The notes under the pieces were generated by a model, which saw nothing but the letters and a program-made list of their open reading frames with translations, was not told where the DNA came from and ran no database searches. A DNA stretch of 63,322 nucleotides, counting the filler, from Choristocarpus tenellus KU-1152 (lineage: Eukaryota > Protista > Phaeophyceae), in assembly GCA_964200185.2 (NCBI GenBank). It is 8 parts of 8 records of this genome, joined end to end, with 100 filler letters (N's around TTAATTAATTAA, not from the genome) between each part and the next. Parts side by side here need not be neighbours in the genome. Positions count along the whole stretch, not along the records: positions 24,095 to 28,255 come from CAXNAD020015903.1; positions 28,356 to 36,457 come from CAXNAD020005146.1; positions 36,558 to 41,493 come from CAXNAD020012463.1; 5 more parts are not named here. One strand, written 5' to 3'. Position 1 is the first letter of the stretch. Every line of letters starts with the position of its first letter. The position numbers and the translations under genes are program-made. This document shows positions 25,192 through 37,984 of this stretch, one piece after another.

Positions 25192-25599
25192 AAAGGCGCA
25201 TAATACTCAGTGCCGTAAGATTTCCTCACAGGTCCCGCGACAGATATGATACGGTGGATCCAAGCACAAAGTCTCCGTTATTGTTCTTTCAGAACCGAAA
25301 AGGCCGAGGTCGGTTATCTTATCAAGTCGTGGTTCAACCCTCAAACTGACCCCTCACCCTAATCAGACCTGATCTGCATCTCTACTCACTGCATCCTCAC
25401 TCACACTGATTGAAGGGTCGATATTTAGGAGCCAGTAGATTCAACTCTAGGTCTAGCTGTATTTTCGGGTCTCTGGGGGAAAGCCCCTTTGAAGTATACA
25501 CCTAAAGTCAGGCAGTCAGATAGTCGTCCACTCTGGAATTACAAAATGCTACTAGAGTGCACTATAAGCAAGCCAAATAACCTTCACTAATGTCGTGCA

Positions 25600-27290
25600 C
25601 TAGCTAGTTGCAGCACCTCTCTACAATCCACATATGGTTTTAATACTCCTTCAGGTACCAGACTGTCTTGCATTATGAGGTTAATCAAAACACTCATTCA
25701 CTATCTACTCCATAGTTGTAGCAATAGCCCATGTCTTTGACTATGTATTACATTGTACCAATAGCTCCCATCCTTATTCCGTTTGTTGGTTCTGTCCCCT
25801 TGAGTATATAAATACATTGTAGGGTTGGCACCGTTCCAGATTAATGCGTTGCAACAAGATTCGGAGGGCAGGGGATATTCCGAAGCAAATACATCCTATT
25901 GGTCAACACAAAAATGTGGTCTTCCCATTAGTGTGAGTGTTGTGTATGATTGGCCTCTCCTCCCCTCCAAAAAAATATTTCTTATAAATATGATCGATAT
26001 TAACATTTTTGATACAACTGTCGATGTTTATAATTGGGATTTTCTCGATTTAGCATTCTTCCTGGTTTTATGGCCTTGATCGACCTATAACCTGTAGAAC
26101 AAGCTTGGCCACCCTTTCACTCTGTTCTTTGGTATGTTTTTGGAGCCAACTATGTTCAACCTGACCAACCCATTCTCACTTGCTACTTCTAACTGGCGAC
26201 CTCCCCCTTATTTTTGTGGATCATTTACATTCCCCTCGCTTGTGTACTTTTTCAAACCCCTCCCTCGTCCCCTCTCTGTTGTAGGCATATGTATACTACT
26301 TTCGGAGGAATATCAACCCTTTCGTAGAACAAAGAGGTATGTGTTGCATATTACGTTTGCCATCTGCTCGGTCAATCGTATTAGAGTCGAGTCACCTGAC
26401 TCAACTTTCTTGTGGTGTGATATGTAGATCGGTTTGGGATTCCTCAATGTTGGTCGCCTGTGTAATATAGGAGACCAATCAGTGACTCAATGTGGGTGAG
26501 TACCAAGTAAGGACATCTTACTTCAACTTACTAAGATCGTCGATTGGTTGGACCTGTAGTTTGTTTTTCTTTCTAGCACAATTAGCCCAGAAAAATGTCA
26601 AGCAAGGTTGCTCTCTTCCCTAAGAAGTATCTTTCACGCTTGGTCGCATCTAGAATAGGTCAAACTCTGCTGTTCTTTTAAGTTCTCTGTCTTCTTTTTA
26701 GTATTGATATTGTGTTCGCAGAGTTATGGGAGAATGTGCTAGTCTATATGTTGGCAGGGCCGGATGACATATTGTCACTACTATCAAACAAGATTCTGTC
26801 AAGTGAGAGGAAGGCCTCCATTTCTGGCGGTGTCTCAAAACCAAATGATGTACCAAGTATGTCGTGGTGAGGTGATTACCTCCCTCTTGAGCTGTCGGTT
26901 TTGCTGCAACCACATTGTCTGCATGTTCGCTTGTCCCCGACAAAAGCTCTCAACCCTGTTCCTCTGAGAGTCCACTTTATTCTGAGGTGAACCTGCCGAT
27001 AGAGAGCTGCAACATGTGACGAGGAGAACCTTTAATTAATCACTTCCTATTGTGGAAGGAAGGCATGTCCAGAATCAGAACCTCGTAATTGTTTCCTTAT
27101 GTTGAGCTACGATGTTGTTTATATGAGAGGAAGAGCTCATGCAAATTTTGACTTGTGGCATCCGTTACAAAGATTAGGGTGTGGAGTGCGAGGCTCTATG
27201 TGTTCTTTTAGAGGTTGAGCGATATTTCTTCAGTGGTGTTGCAAATTGGATTTTATTGATGTGGAGTACAAGTAAAAAAATCCCCTGTCA
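25600..27290 (-). mobile_element. Decayed Ty3/Gypsy pol remnant (RNase H-integrase)
   Basis: Minus-strand remnants such as SENGLVRLN (cf. NGLVERLN) near 26.17 kb and a TDAS-like region near 27.16 kb; many stops; boundaries approximate. Confidence 0.45.
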
Positions 27291-27303
27291 GTAATTACGA
27301 TGC

Positions 27304-27410
27304 AGTTGAAGTATCTGGGGGGGGGAGACAGCTGTCCATTTGGGGCCCATTTTTCCATGTCGCGATTGTTGGGCGGTTTGGTTGCGTGTGTCGGATGGAT
27401 AATGTATTTT
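27304..27410. mobile_element. MITE family B partial copy
   Basis: AAGTATCTGGGGGG...GCTGTCCATTTGGGGCCCATTTTTCCATGTCGCGATT, homologous to 49300-49487. Confidence 0.75.
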
Positions 27411-28200
27411 ATTTACCCGCATGTATCTACCTTAGAATCCTTGTGCTCAGGAAGTATGGAAGAATACCCGATTAGTGATTTGTAATATAGATATTGTTTT
27501 GATTTGATGAAGTGAATTAATGGTCTCAGTGATATAAATATGGTGGAACATAGTACCGAAACTTTAATGGACGCACGCCGAATTTTGATGTCCAGTTAGA
27601 GCGTGGTATACACAGGGAGGGTTGGGGTAAACGCAAGGTACCCTCGATCTGCAAAGAAAGGGATGGAGGTAACCCTATTTGAAAATTCCGTGTTTTTGAG
27701 GAATATCTACACCAAAAAACATGGAACAGTCTTTGAAAGTTCAATACAAAGTGGAAATCTACCCTTCTACATCGAAACTGGCGCTAAGTATAGGATATGT
27801 GCGTGATTGATGGAGGGTACATAAACAGCGGTTTGTAACGCAAAACCGCCAGAAAAGAGTTACCCTGTTATAACCTTGGCGCTTTACGTAAACGAAGCGA
27901 GTAGATCCGAAGAAATATGATATACACACCCAACAGATTATTGAACGGGGACGAAACCCTATGCAATACACCGCACAGTCAAATAGGTAACAGTGTTCTC
28001 TTTGCAGCAGAGGAGAAATTATTGTTGAGGTAAACAAATGCTCACCCCTGTTGTATTTTGTATATATTTTCGTGTATTTGCGTGCTGCGATTGCGCTTTG
28101 ACCATGTCGAAGTACAAACGTGAACCGAAGTGTTGAACCAAAGCCGTTGTTTTCCAACCATTGACGACTAGACCAAGTCACCAGTTGACAAAGGGACACC

Positions 28201-28255
28201 GAGCCAAAGTATCTTAGAGGGTAGGGCCGCGTCCATTTGGGGACCAAAATCCAAT
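28201..28255. mobile_element. MITE family A terminus truncated by contig end
   Basis: GAGCCAAAGTATCTTAGAGGGTAGGGCCGCGTCCATTTGGGG, near-identical to the start of 60732. Confidence 0.85.
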
Positions 28256-29109
28256 NNNNNNNNNNNNNNNNNNNNNNNNNNNNNNNNNNNNNNNNNNNNT
28301 TAATTAATTAANNNNNNNNNNNNNNNNNNNNNNNNNNNNNNNNNNNNNNNNNNNNACATCAAGCTGTTCTTTGTCCTTCATTAAAGCACCATCTAAAAGC
28401 CGCGGGTCCAGTGTGGGATAGTTCAGCAACACGCACATAAATACAGCGCAACAAATAACACCCCTCACCCATGCCCTTCCCTCTATGGAGCAAGGTATCA
28501 GAATGTTTGCATGATCTAGGACTGCAGTCTGCAGTTCTTGTGTGGTACAAGCGCAGGGGTACAGCAAGTCTAGTAACACAGTCAATCAAAAAAAACACTG
28601 GGCCGTTCCTTCAAGGGGGCTCTGGACTAATAAATTGCAGGAAACATCGCACTTCGACTTGAACATAGGCTGTGATTTCATCGAGAAGGTATGGCAGTAG
28701 GAGGTGTATCCCTGGCTAGTGTGGTGTAGAATAAACACACCACCAACTCTCTTGTTCTTTTCCCTGTTTCATAATCATACGATTAGCTCACACTTACATC
28801 GGCCAATACAAACCCTACCAAATACTAAGAGGTACAGCTACCCCCACCATCGGTCTTCTCGTCAATAAAAAGAAGAATCAAGAATTATTTCGACACATTT
28901 TTTTTTCTTCTCTTTCTTTCTGATAAAACCGCAACGACAATAAAACACAGCTCATATACGCCTCCTTCCGCAGCACACACACGCCGCGGCAGGTGCAACG
29001 ACTATCGCTACACACACAACCAAAAAACAGAAACACACAACAGAACAATCCCTATACACAGCAGTAACTGGAAGGTAAAAAAATGCCTCGCCCCTCGCCC
29101 CTCGCCTCC

Positions 29110-29982
29110 TCAAGCGAAATATTGAGACTTCCATCCCAAAAACATGCTCCTGGCCTTGTTGAACAGGAGCTCGTCGGCCCAATCCTTGAATCCATTCCTC
29201 TCAAGCACCTCGACCCAGTCGCGGCCGGTCAGTGCAGTGCGCCTGATGTTCTTGAACGCGCTGCTAGTGAAGTTTCCACCAAACATCGCTTCAAACAGGC
29301 ACATGCTCTCGTTCCACGACTCCGTCATGCCCACGAAGGTCACCGACTCTAGCACCTGAAGCGCTTCCATTGCCTGCTTGGTCTGCACGGAGGCGGACCT
29401 GTGCTTCCCCTTGTCCCCGTCACACCACTCCCCTGTGAGCATTCTCGCCACGCAACCCTTGACGCAATGGGCGTACTCTAGGAGAACGTCGTCCTCATCC
29501 CTCATTGGGTTTCTCAGGGGCCCGTGATCGTCCACGCCATACCTCGCCTGCATCTGCATGCAGTCGTGAAAGTTGTGGAGGTAACCCGACACGATCCTGT
29601 TCAAGGGTGGGCGCATCATCAAGACGACGTGGCCCGCTTCCCCCTGCTGCGCCAACTTGGAGAGGGGCTGGTGTCCGAACCTGAACCGGGAGAAACTCCC
29701 TGGACACAGCTCATTGAGTTCATTCATGTGCCTCCGAACATCTGGTACGTTTGGGCAGGCGTACTTGGCAAGCGGTATTTCAAACGAAGTCCCACACTTG
29801 GGTACATGGAGGTAAAAGATCGGTTTCGCATCTTTCAACGGTGGGGCGTGAGGAGACTTGGGAGGGTACATGCTCGAGCACACCCCGGGTGAGTCTAGGC
29901 TGTCTTCTTCCTGGTACGTGAGAGCGCGGGTTGAGAATAATACGGTCCCTGCCAAGAACAGCATTGCTCTCAGTACCTGCAT
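29110..29982 (-). CDS. Single-exon Golgi-type carbohydrate sulfotransferase (Sulfotransfer_2-like), ~290 aa
   Basis: N-terminal hydrophobic segment (MQVLRAMLFLAGTVLFSTRA), 5'-PSB motif FYLHVPKCGTSF, 3'-PB motif MMRPPLNRIVSGY, C-terminal FVGMTESWNESMCLF; uninterrupted ORF. Confidence 0.88.
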   Translation of the reverse strand: MQVLRAMLFLAGTVLFSTRALTYQEEDSLDSPGVCSSMYPPKSPHAPPLKDAKPIFYLHVPKCGTSFEIPLAKYACPNVPDVRRHMNELNELCPGSFSRFRFGHQPLSKLAQQGEAGHVVLMMRPPLNRIVSGYLHNFHDCMQMQARYGVDDHGPLRNPMRDEDDVLLEYAHCVKGCVARMLTGEWCDGDKGKHRSASVQTKQAMEALQVLESVTFVGMTESWNESMCLFEAMFGGNFTSSAFKNIRRTALTGRDWVEVLERNGFKDWADELLFNKARSMFLGWKSQYFA

Positions 29983-30749
29983 GCCCGAAAACGCCTTTGT
30001 GAAGACCCTTGTTGCGATTTTTACCACTACTCCAGCCCCTTGACGGGCACGGCGTTAACCTGGTGGGAAAAAAACACGTCAAACGCTTGTGAGCAAGAGG
30101 ATACGATTCTAATTCCAAGGACAGTACGGAGCATTCATTGCAGGGGAGGTCCGTAGGGACGTAAAGGTCGCACGCTTAGAAACATCGCAGGCGAGCAGGG
30201 GAGGGCATTGTCACTCAAGAAGCACCCTTTTTCACGCGTTGGCAATGCTGTGTCCCATGTTCAAGGGTGGAGTGGGTAGTCATTTTTTCAACGTTCTACA
30301 AAAACAAAAAGAATAAGATATAAAATAAGAAGAGTTTCTTCTTTTTCGCATATGACAAGTACCGCTCTGAAGTACGTAAAATACTACTCTGCTATTTGCA
30401 CACGCAACTCTGGTTGTACTGGCGCATAGCCCTCTATTTAAAGTCAAGAAAAGCCACAAAACAGTGAAAAAACAGAAACATTTCACCCTGCAAGAGCACA
30501 ACTAAAGCGTACAAAGCGGAGATACATGAGAAAAAAAAGGAGTGCATACATGCTCCAATTATCAAAGCATACATGTTGAGGGGAGGGCCTGATAATGGTT
30601 GTACAACATTGTTGGAAGGCGTCAACTGCATCCCTCTTTCCTCGGTCTCAAAAACGTTCAATAGGATGATGTATTCCCTTGGCTGAAAAGGACATTTCAA
30701 ACTGCAGGTTCTCCTATTTTTTTTAATAATGGTAAAAGCTGCAAAGGCA

Positions 30750-32600
30750 TCACTTCAACATACCCAGGTACAATACCCTTGCAAACAAACACCCGTAAGT
30801 GGTTTTCCTATCAAGTGTAAACGAGGTATCAATCATTCCAGCAGAAAGGAAGAGGTTCTAGAGCTGACTGGAGCTACCATCCAAGAATCACATCGTAATA
30901 GATCTTTGCCTGGATTATGCTTCAACTCCCCTCCCCCTCTGCTCCCGCGTAAACCTCACCTCCGCAAAGAAATGTGAATCTTGAGTCGGAGATCATTGAA
31001 GTCTATCCAGGTGGAATTGAACTAAGGTGGAGTTATAAAATTAGCAGGCATTTTTTGTTGACTCTTACCTGCTAAAGTGAACGAATATAGCACTATCAGC
31101 AACTCAACGCACTGATTTTGCTACCTTGTTTGTTTCATGTTCTCGAATCTTGAAGGTCGTGCTTGTTGAATTGGCGCTGCAACATGCACCATAATTTGTG
31201 CTCGAGGGATAACTCTGCCCACATTGAATAAAATATGCGAACAATTCGAGCACAACAAACATGTACTATATCAAGCGGCATAATACGCACGGGCAGTAAC
31301 TTCCAACCACAGGAGGAGAACAAGAAGAATCTACTCACCAGCTGTTACGAGTGTCGTTAGGGGTTGATGCCTCTCCAATAACAAAATATTCTTCCTGTTA
31401 GCTTCACGGTACAATCGAGTTTTGTATCTCATTGGATGTCTCAAAGCATCCAGCCCCAGTCACGGTGTCACACTTGTGGTCCGCCCAGCACACCTACCTC
31501 GACAACATCAACGAGTACAAGCCAGAGACAAAGACCGGGACAACACCAGCGGAATTCGACGGTGAAGGGTTAAGGAAGGTCCAAGAAGAGAACGAAGGTC
31601 AAACGCAGCCCAACACTTCAGTGGGAACGCAGACATAGAGTGGTCCGTCACGAGGATACTACAGTGCTTATTGGCCCATCAAATGACAGCACGCAATATC
31701 GCAGATAAACTTTATTCCCTTGGCAAATCGGCTGGTCTAGGGAATGCAACGCCCAACGTCCTCAAGCAACTTAATGGCATCTCATTGGCCTCATTTCCTG
31801 GGTTGAGGGTTATTAATTGATTGACGGTTGTGGGGGCAGAAGTGCGAGCAATACTCAAGCCACGCCTACAATGTGGTATGAAGCATGTAACCGCTTTCGC
31901 CCGTTGAGTGCATCTGCGACTAGAAACACAAGCTCGTTTCCAACGAGTGAGTACTATACAATCTGAATTAAGATCGGAGGTGATATCGCAGAGGATAGAG
32001 ACTGCGTTCCACACACCTTTGCGATCAAGCCCCCCACACTGGATGGAATAGAGTCCTGACTTCCAGTGCAGGCACGAGACCCAACAATGCTGCTCGAGCA
32101 AACCAAACAGACCCTCCTCCCTACTACTCACGCTATCCTTGCGCACGTTAAAAATCTTCGTCGTAATCTGCGCATTGGGGTTGGTAAGCAAATTTTTCAA
32201 GTCAGCTGCGAGAAAGTCACTGTTTAAGGGATGGAGTGTGATCGGAGTCCACATCTACAATATGACGGGGTGGTGTATTGGAAGGGGAAGCACAATGCTT
32301 CAAATATCCAGATGCATCCTCGTGACCAGAAGAGGATTGGCATGATTCCCTGGTAAGCCATCCCCTTATCCCGTCTTACAAGCACGCCTGTTTCCGCGCT
32401 CAGTCCTTGACTGCGTGTGGGAAGTCCAAGGTTTGAGTTCACCCTCCCTCTTGAAAGTTGGAACGTAGAGTTGAATCCACCAAATCTACTCACTGCCTGC
32501 CTGTGTGATTGATCGATCGAGCTCAAGACCTTATTGTGCACCCCTATCGCTACAGTACTCCACCACAACAGTTAAAAGTCCCAAATTGCCCACACTCATA
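30750..32600 (-). mobile_element. Decayed LINE reverse transcriptase and C-terminal remnant
   Basis: Frameshifted remnants in LINE order: QG-motif-like region near 32.35 kb, NVRK..V near 32.14 kb, YLG-like region near 32.0 kb, MWAEL..LE near 31.2 kb. Confidence 0.5.
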
Positions 32601-32749
32601 CCCTAGAGATAAACAAACCATTGTGCACCCTCTCCTTACAACAAAACAGTTCAGAATAGCTTTCAACTTTAACACAGTATTATCACAGTTATAATACTTG
32701 AAAGTTCCTAATTCATGCGACCACGTTCTTAACGGATGGTTCGTACATT

Positions 32750-32868
32750 ATATTATTATTATGCCCTCTGACATTTTGCAATGTGTCAGGGGGAAACCAA
32801 TGAAATCTATATACATATGTGTATATAATATGTCCTAAACATAAGAATACTATAGGGAATTGCGTGGA
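32750..32868 (-). mobile_element. Short 5'-truncated retroposon insertion with 14-bp target-site duplication
   Basis: ATGGTTCGTACATT at 32736-32749 and 32869-32882 flanks an element ending in an (ATA)n tail; second copy near 16.2-16.3 kb. Confidence 0.8.
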
Positions 32869-34065
32869 ATGGTTCGTACATTGATGAAACATATATACTT
32901 CCGGCTGGCTCTATAGTTATTTTCTATCATGTAGGTTGTTGTATTTGAGGTGGTGACCTGGTACCATGTTAGTAGAGTAATTTCGTATTTACAAGCTTTA
33001 TTCGAACTAATTTACGGATTTAAGACAAGATTATTGATGGATCAGGTCAGACCTTGAGATTTTCTTTTTGGGCGGTATTTGATCTCCACAAGATGAAGAA
33101 AATATTGTTTCCAAGAAGGTGGAGAAACAACAAAGGACTGGTGGAATAACCAAACTCCACATCTCAGAAAAGTTTGTGCCAAGAAATGACGAGATTATGT
33201 ATTACCATTGATGTTGAACGACTTCTACTATCACCACTCCTACTGTTGTATAGTTTCAGCTGTGGTGTATAAACATTTATTTCATTCTTGTCACATGCAC
33301 ACCAGCAGCCCAAATTCCCATAGAAACGTATCACCTATATCGGTAAAGTCCATTATTATCAATTCTTTCATATTATTACGCGTATAGTTGTATATAACAA
33401 CAACATTTCCACGCCTTCTTATTTTTCGAAATCCCTACTTCAATTTTCCAAGTTTACAACTTTCAAAGTTATTATCTTTGTTGTGGTCTTGGGCTGTACC
33501 TTATCACATCGTGGAGGGGATGTACCAAACACAAGGCAAAAACGACATGTACGATGAAGTAGTACACCGGTCACATGAAGATTTGACCGGAGGAGGTCCC
33601 AGGTCAGCGGAAGTCGAAGAAGGCAAGGTATGCTATAGGTTAATTGAGGAATTGAGGTGGGCTGACCCCTGCAAGGAATAAAATATTGCATTTTTGCGAC
33701 TAGTGAGTTGGAGGAGTAGCACAAATCCAACTTGCAGGGCTTTGGTATGGTGTGCTAAAGCCCTTTCAGCACTGCGAAACTTCAAAGAAGACAAGATGCC
33801 CCTATGTACCTCTTCCATTGACCAGCCATGGATGGTGTGTGCCCCAAGGAACGAGATAGGAACAAGCATGTATCATGCTTTTCTGTGCTCTCCTTCCCTC
33901 CTTCTTGCACACGAAGTTGACATATGGAATTTACATGCTTTGTTTTTGCATTCTTGACTGAATCACCATGACATGGACTCCCACTCCCTGCACCACTTGG
34001 ACTCATTTGCATTATCTTACATCACACTCAAATTTGTTTGCTGTATCTATTTCTTCTCACAATAG

Positions 34066-34584
34066 GACCGGGAAGAAGAAAACTCCAGCTCCTGCCCCCA
34101 AGACCCCCAGAGTGTAGAGGGGCGTATTGTCCCTGAAGTTGATGAAAAGGACGTTGCCCACAAGGTGGGGGGGTTGGTGGAGGGAGAGTACAACTTTACT
34201 TTGAATCTGGGATCGGATCAGGGAGGGTTTATACCTGTGAGCGAAGAGTCGCCCCAGCGGTTAATTGGCGGGAGAGACGAAATGAGGAGTGAAGAGAGCG
34301 TAGAGAATAGTGAAAGAGGGGAGGGGCTGGGGGAGCAGTCTGAGGGCTGGGGAGAAGAATCTGAGGAGAGTGAGGTTTCCAGTGAAACAACGACGACCTC
34401 AAGTGGGGAAGAGAGTTCACAGAGCGGGGAGAGCACTAGTAGTACGGAAGATGTCAGCTTACAGGAGAGAGACATTCGAAGGGAGGAAAATGAGCGTTTG
34501 TCACAGCCAAGCACACCCCCAGTGGAGTTCGATACCCTTTCATTTCGTGAATCTCCTTTGACAGGAGGGAACCTAGGGGACAAG
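34066..34584 (+). CDS. Large internal exon of a hypothetical Ser/Glu-rich protein
   Basis: Pyrimidine tract plus AG at 34064-34065, 173 open codons (DREEENSS...GGNLGDK), GTGAG donor at 34585; a possible upstream exon ends near 33627. Confidence 0.55.
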
Positions 34585-35646
34585 GTGAGTTAGAGGGATG
34601 TTACCTTAGATGTGTTCCATGAGGGCCCCTGTCTGCACACTTACTATGCTTCTCCTCCCTACATTCTTTGGTTGCTTAACTCCCCATCCTATAGTTGAAG
34701 TTGCAGCACAGAAAAAGATCCTTAGTGGTATGTATGTACCTGTGTCAGGGAGAATGAAATGGAGTGTAGGGTGCATTAAAAACTATAGTGAACACCACCG
34801 GCGCCATTGGTGTGTTGATGGCCTTTACGGTAACACCACCAGTATGTGGGTGGGTTTGTTCGGATTGCATTTGTGCATGTGAAGATATTGAGCAGGATCT
34901 TCAAGTATATTTTATGCTGCAAGGCTCTAGTATGTCACACACATGGCTAGATGTGTGCTGCCATTACCACTGTCTGTCACCGTATGGGTCCCTTTAACAG
35001 CGAACACTTGTGGACAGATCCTAAGTCTGAGGTAGCGCTTGTGTTGGAGTTAGACGAGATGACTGTGAGTCTAGCCCTGAGGCGTGCCTAACTAATGTAT
35101 CGGAATGTGATATGTATTGAGTCCTGAGATTATGGAAGCAGTTCTGGGCCTCTGTGTGGCCTAACCTTGTTAGGGTTTGGATCACAGATTACAGTGGGGT
35201 GTAGGTGTTGATGCAAAATCGCCGCAAAAAACGTATTCAGGAGCTTTGTAGTGTATGACAAGTGGTGTCGCAGATTGGTAGTTGGTTGCCGGTCCTGATC
35301 CTTTGTGGTCCTATTTGTACCGGTTGTACTCTCAATTTGCTCATTTCTATTCCGCTCGAAGTTGGTTTTAATCTAGTTCCAGATGAGTTTCTCGTTTTGG
35401 TGAGACCAAGGAGGCGTGATTCTGACAGCTTTGAGTGCTCGGTGATTTTAACAAGAGTGGTTTGTATTGTCTTCCTTCTGTTAGCAACTACTCCACCCGT
35501 GTTCTGGATGATGAGAGGGCATCCCTTGTGTAAATGATCGTCTCAACCACTGTTGTATGGTGTATTTCAATATCTTCAGGTATGTTGGTTAAATAGGTTC
35601 ATTGAAAATTTCCAAACACTTTGGATTAGGGTCACGGTTGTACCGC

Positions 35647-35958
35647 ACAACACTACTTTACAACACTATGTTACAACACTATGTTACAACACTACTTTAC
35701 AACACTACTTTACAACACTACTTTACAACATTACTTTACAACACTACTTTACAACACTACTCTACAACACTACTTTACAACATTACTTTACAACACTACT
35801 TTACAACACTACTTTACAACTTTACTCTACAACACTACTTTACAACACTACTTTATAACATTACTTTACAACACTACTTTACAACACTACTTTACAACAT
35901 TACTTTACAACACTACTTTACAATACTACTTTACAACACTACTTTACAACACTACTCT
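35647..35958. repeat. Minisatellite, 24 x 13 bp (ACAACACTACTTT)
   Basis: Counted directly; it explains the three overlapping YNTTLQHYFTTLL ORFs. Confidence 0.95.
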
Positions 35959-36082
35959 AGAACCTGAACTCTGTTCTTGTTATTTCATCAATATGGCGAA
36001 TGGCAGTATCTCAAAGGTTCGGATTGTGGGTAACCAAACAGAAAAAAAGTCTTCATGTTAGTGCAATGCAGAAAGACCACTA

Positions 36083-36117
36083 GTACTTGGTACTTGGTAC
36101 TTGGTACTTGGTACTTC
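36083..36117. repeat. (GTACTTG)x~5 tandem repeat
   Basis: Direct reading. Confidence 0.85.
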
Positions 36118-37984
36118 TTCTGCTCAGTGTCAGTTTGAACGGTTTGCATAGCTTGTCTTGCAAATAACTCAAACCGAGACTTAACAGATGAACTATTGAT
36201 TAGCAATACCCTATTATAGGGTACAGCATATTATAGGGTACAGCACAGCGGTAGGATATTGGAAAAAGCAGTTAGGGCAGTGCGAGGTATGTGCTTGTAC
36301 TGCCAGTCATTACTCTGACATCATCCACCTAACCAATATTTTTCTGTGCTGTTGGTCACTGAAATGTGCCAAGTCTTTTGATGTGTCTCTGGCCGTGACT
36401 TCCGCCGCCCGACCCGGCGCCCGCCCCGGCGTGCCCCACCCCTCTGCGCTCCCGCATNNNNNNNNNNNNNNNNNNNNNNNNNNNNNNNNNNNNNNNNNNN
36501 NTTAATTAATTAANNNNNNNNNNNNNNNNNNNNNNNNNNNNNNNNNNNNNNNNNNNNCCCCCCCACTCCCACCCCCAAGACCTCCACTACAGAGCACAAC
36601 CCAAGTGTCATTGCCAAGAAAAACGTCTCGCATCTGCTCACGATTGTATGTGGATAGGTAGTGTACTGGTCGGATCAAACCTGTTTCAGGAGAAGAAATT
36701 GAGAATGGAATGAGGTGGTGAGACAGGAGGTGGAGGCAAGAGTGCCAAGGTTGACGAGATTACTGCTATTACAGCTCCCTAACAGCAGCAACCTTGCTTA
36801 TCATCTTGTTCACATGTGTGCATGGCCCTTATGACTAGGCTGTTCCTTTACGAACAAACTTGATACCGCAGGGATTCGTAACTCATTGCTGAGCCTGATA
36901 CTAGATGATGCTAGCACGAGCAGTGAACCCCTCCCCACAGGAAAATCTCTTCTCACATCGCACTAACTCAGTGGGACAGGCACTTGACATCTACTCCGTT
37001 CAAAAATGCCCTCGGGTCATGTTCGATCCAAGACACCCTATTCCATGAGATACACATGTTGCCCCGCCAATTGTCAAGCTGCACTGCACTGCACACAACA
37101 AGCATTTGAGAGTCGAGGAGAGCACACCTTTGATGAACAGACCCACAGCAGCGACCGCCCCAAATATGGCGGCAGCTCGGCCCCATGGTAGTGTGTTTTC
37201 CTGAGGTAGTACCTTCCTTTCAACCCCCCTAGACCGGGAACCTTTTAAGGCCCCCTTTGACCCCTGCGACGGAATGAGGTCATAGGGGGCAAGTTTGGAC
37301 TGAGGTTGGTGGGGACAGGGTTTTAGGGCTGGAATGTCACCCAAGATTAACCCAGCACCGACTAATGGGGACACCGTACATTAACCTAGACCGTACAATT
37401 GTCAAAGACTGCCTCAAAGCCTCCTTTGAAATATTTGGAGGAGGGGCGAGGCTCTCGTATTGTTGCCTTTTGCAACCACAAGTAGGTCCGATGTGAGACA
37501 AGTGTTTCGACATGTTGTAGCCTCAGGTGATGTATTCACTTCAATTCAGTACAGTGAATCTTTCTCTTGTTATCCGTGACCAGAGTTGGAGGTTATTGAC
37601 ATGAGATTGACCTCTAAAGTCGGGGGACCGAGCTTTAGTCCAACAAGCACCATTTTAGAGATAGCAGGGTTTTGTCCAACAAATGGTACAACCAAGTCAA
37701 CTGGCAAACCAAAGCAGATAATCAAAATCTAACTTCAACGGAATTGCAATTGTGATCAGTTGTATGGTATACCACTCTTCTAGTACCTTGGCGTTGACCA
37801 TTGCTCGTTGATTGAAACACAATTCTCTCAATCTGTGGCACGCAGGTTTTCCTTCAAATATTTACTACCATTATAATCTAGAGCGCCACAGAGCGTTCCG
37901 CAATATGATTAAGGTACTTCTACTCATACAACAACAATTTGAGAGTCCTTTCCAGGTGTTGGTTGGGATATGTCTCTGCGACAG

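Noticed and set aside
35553-36061. Three overlapping YNTTLQHYFTTLL repeat ORFs, or a CRISPR-like array
   Set aside because: Pure tandem 13-mer with no unique spacers and no cas genes; the ORFs are a by-product of a stop-free repeat.
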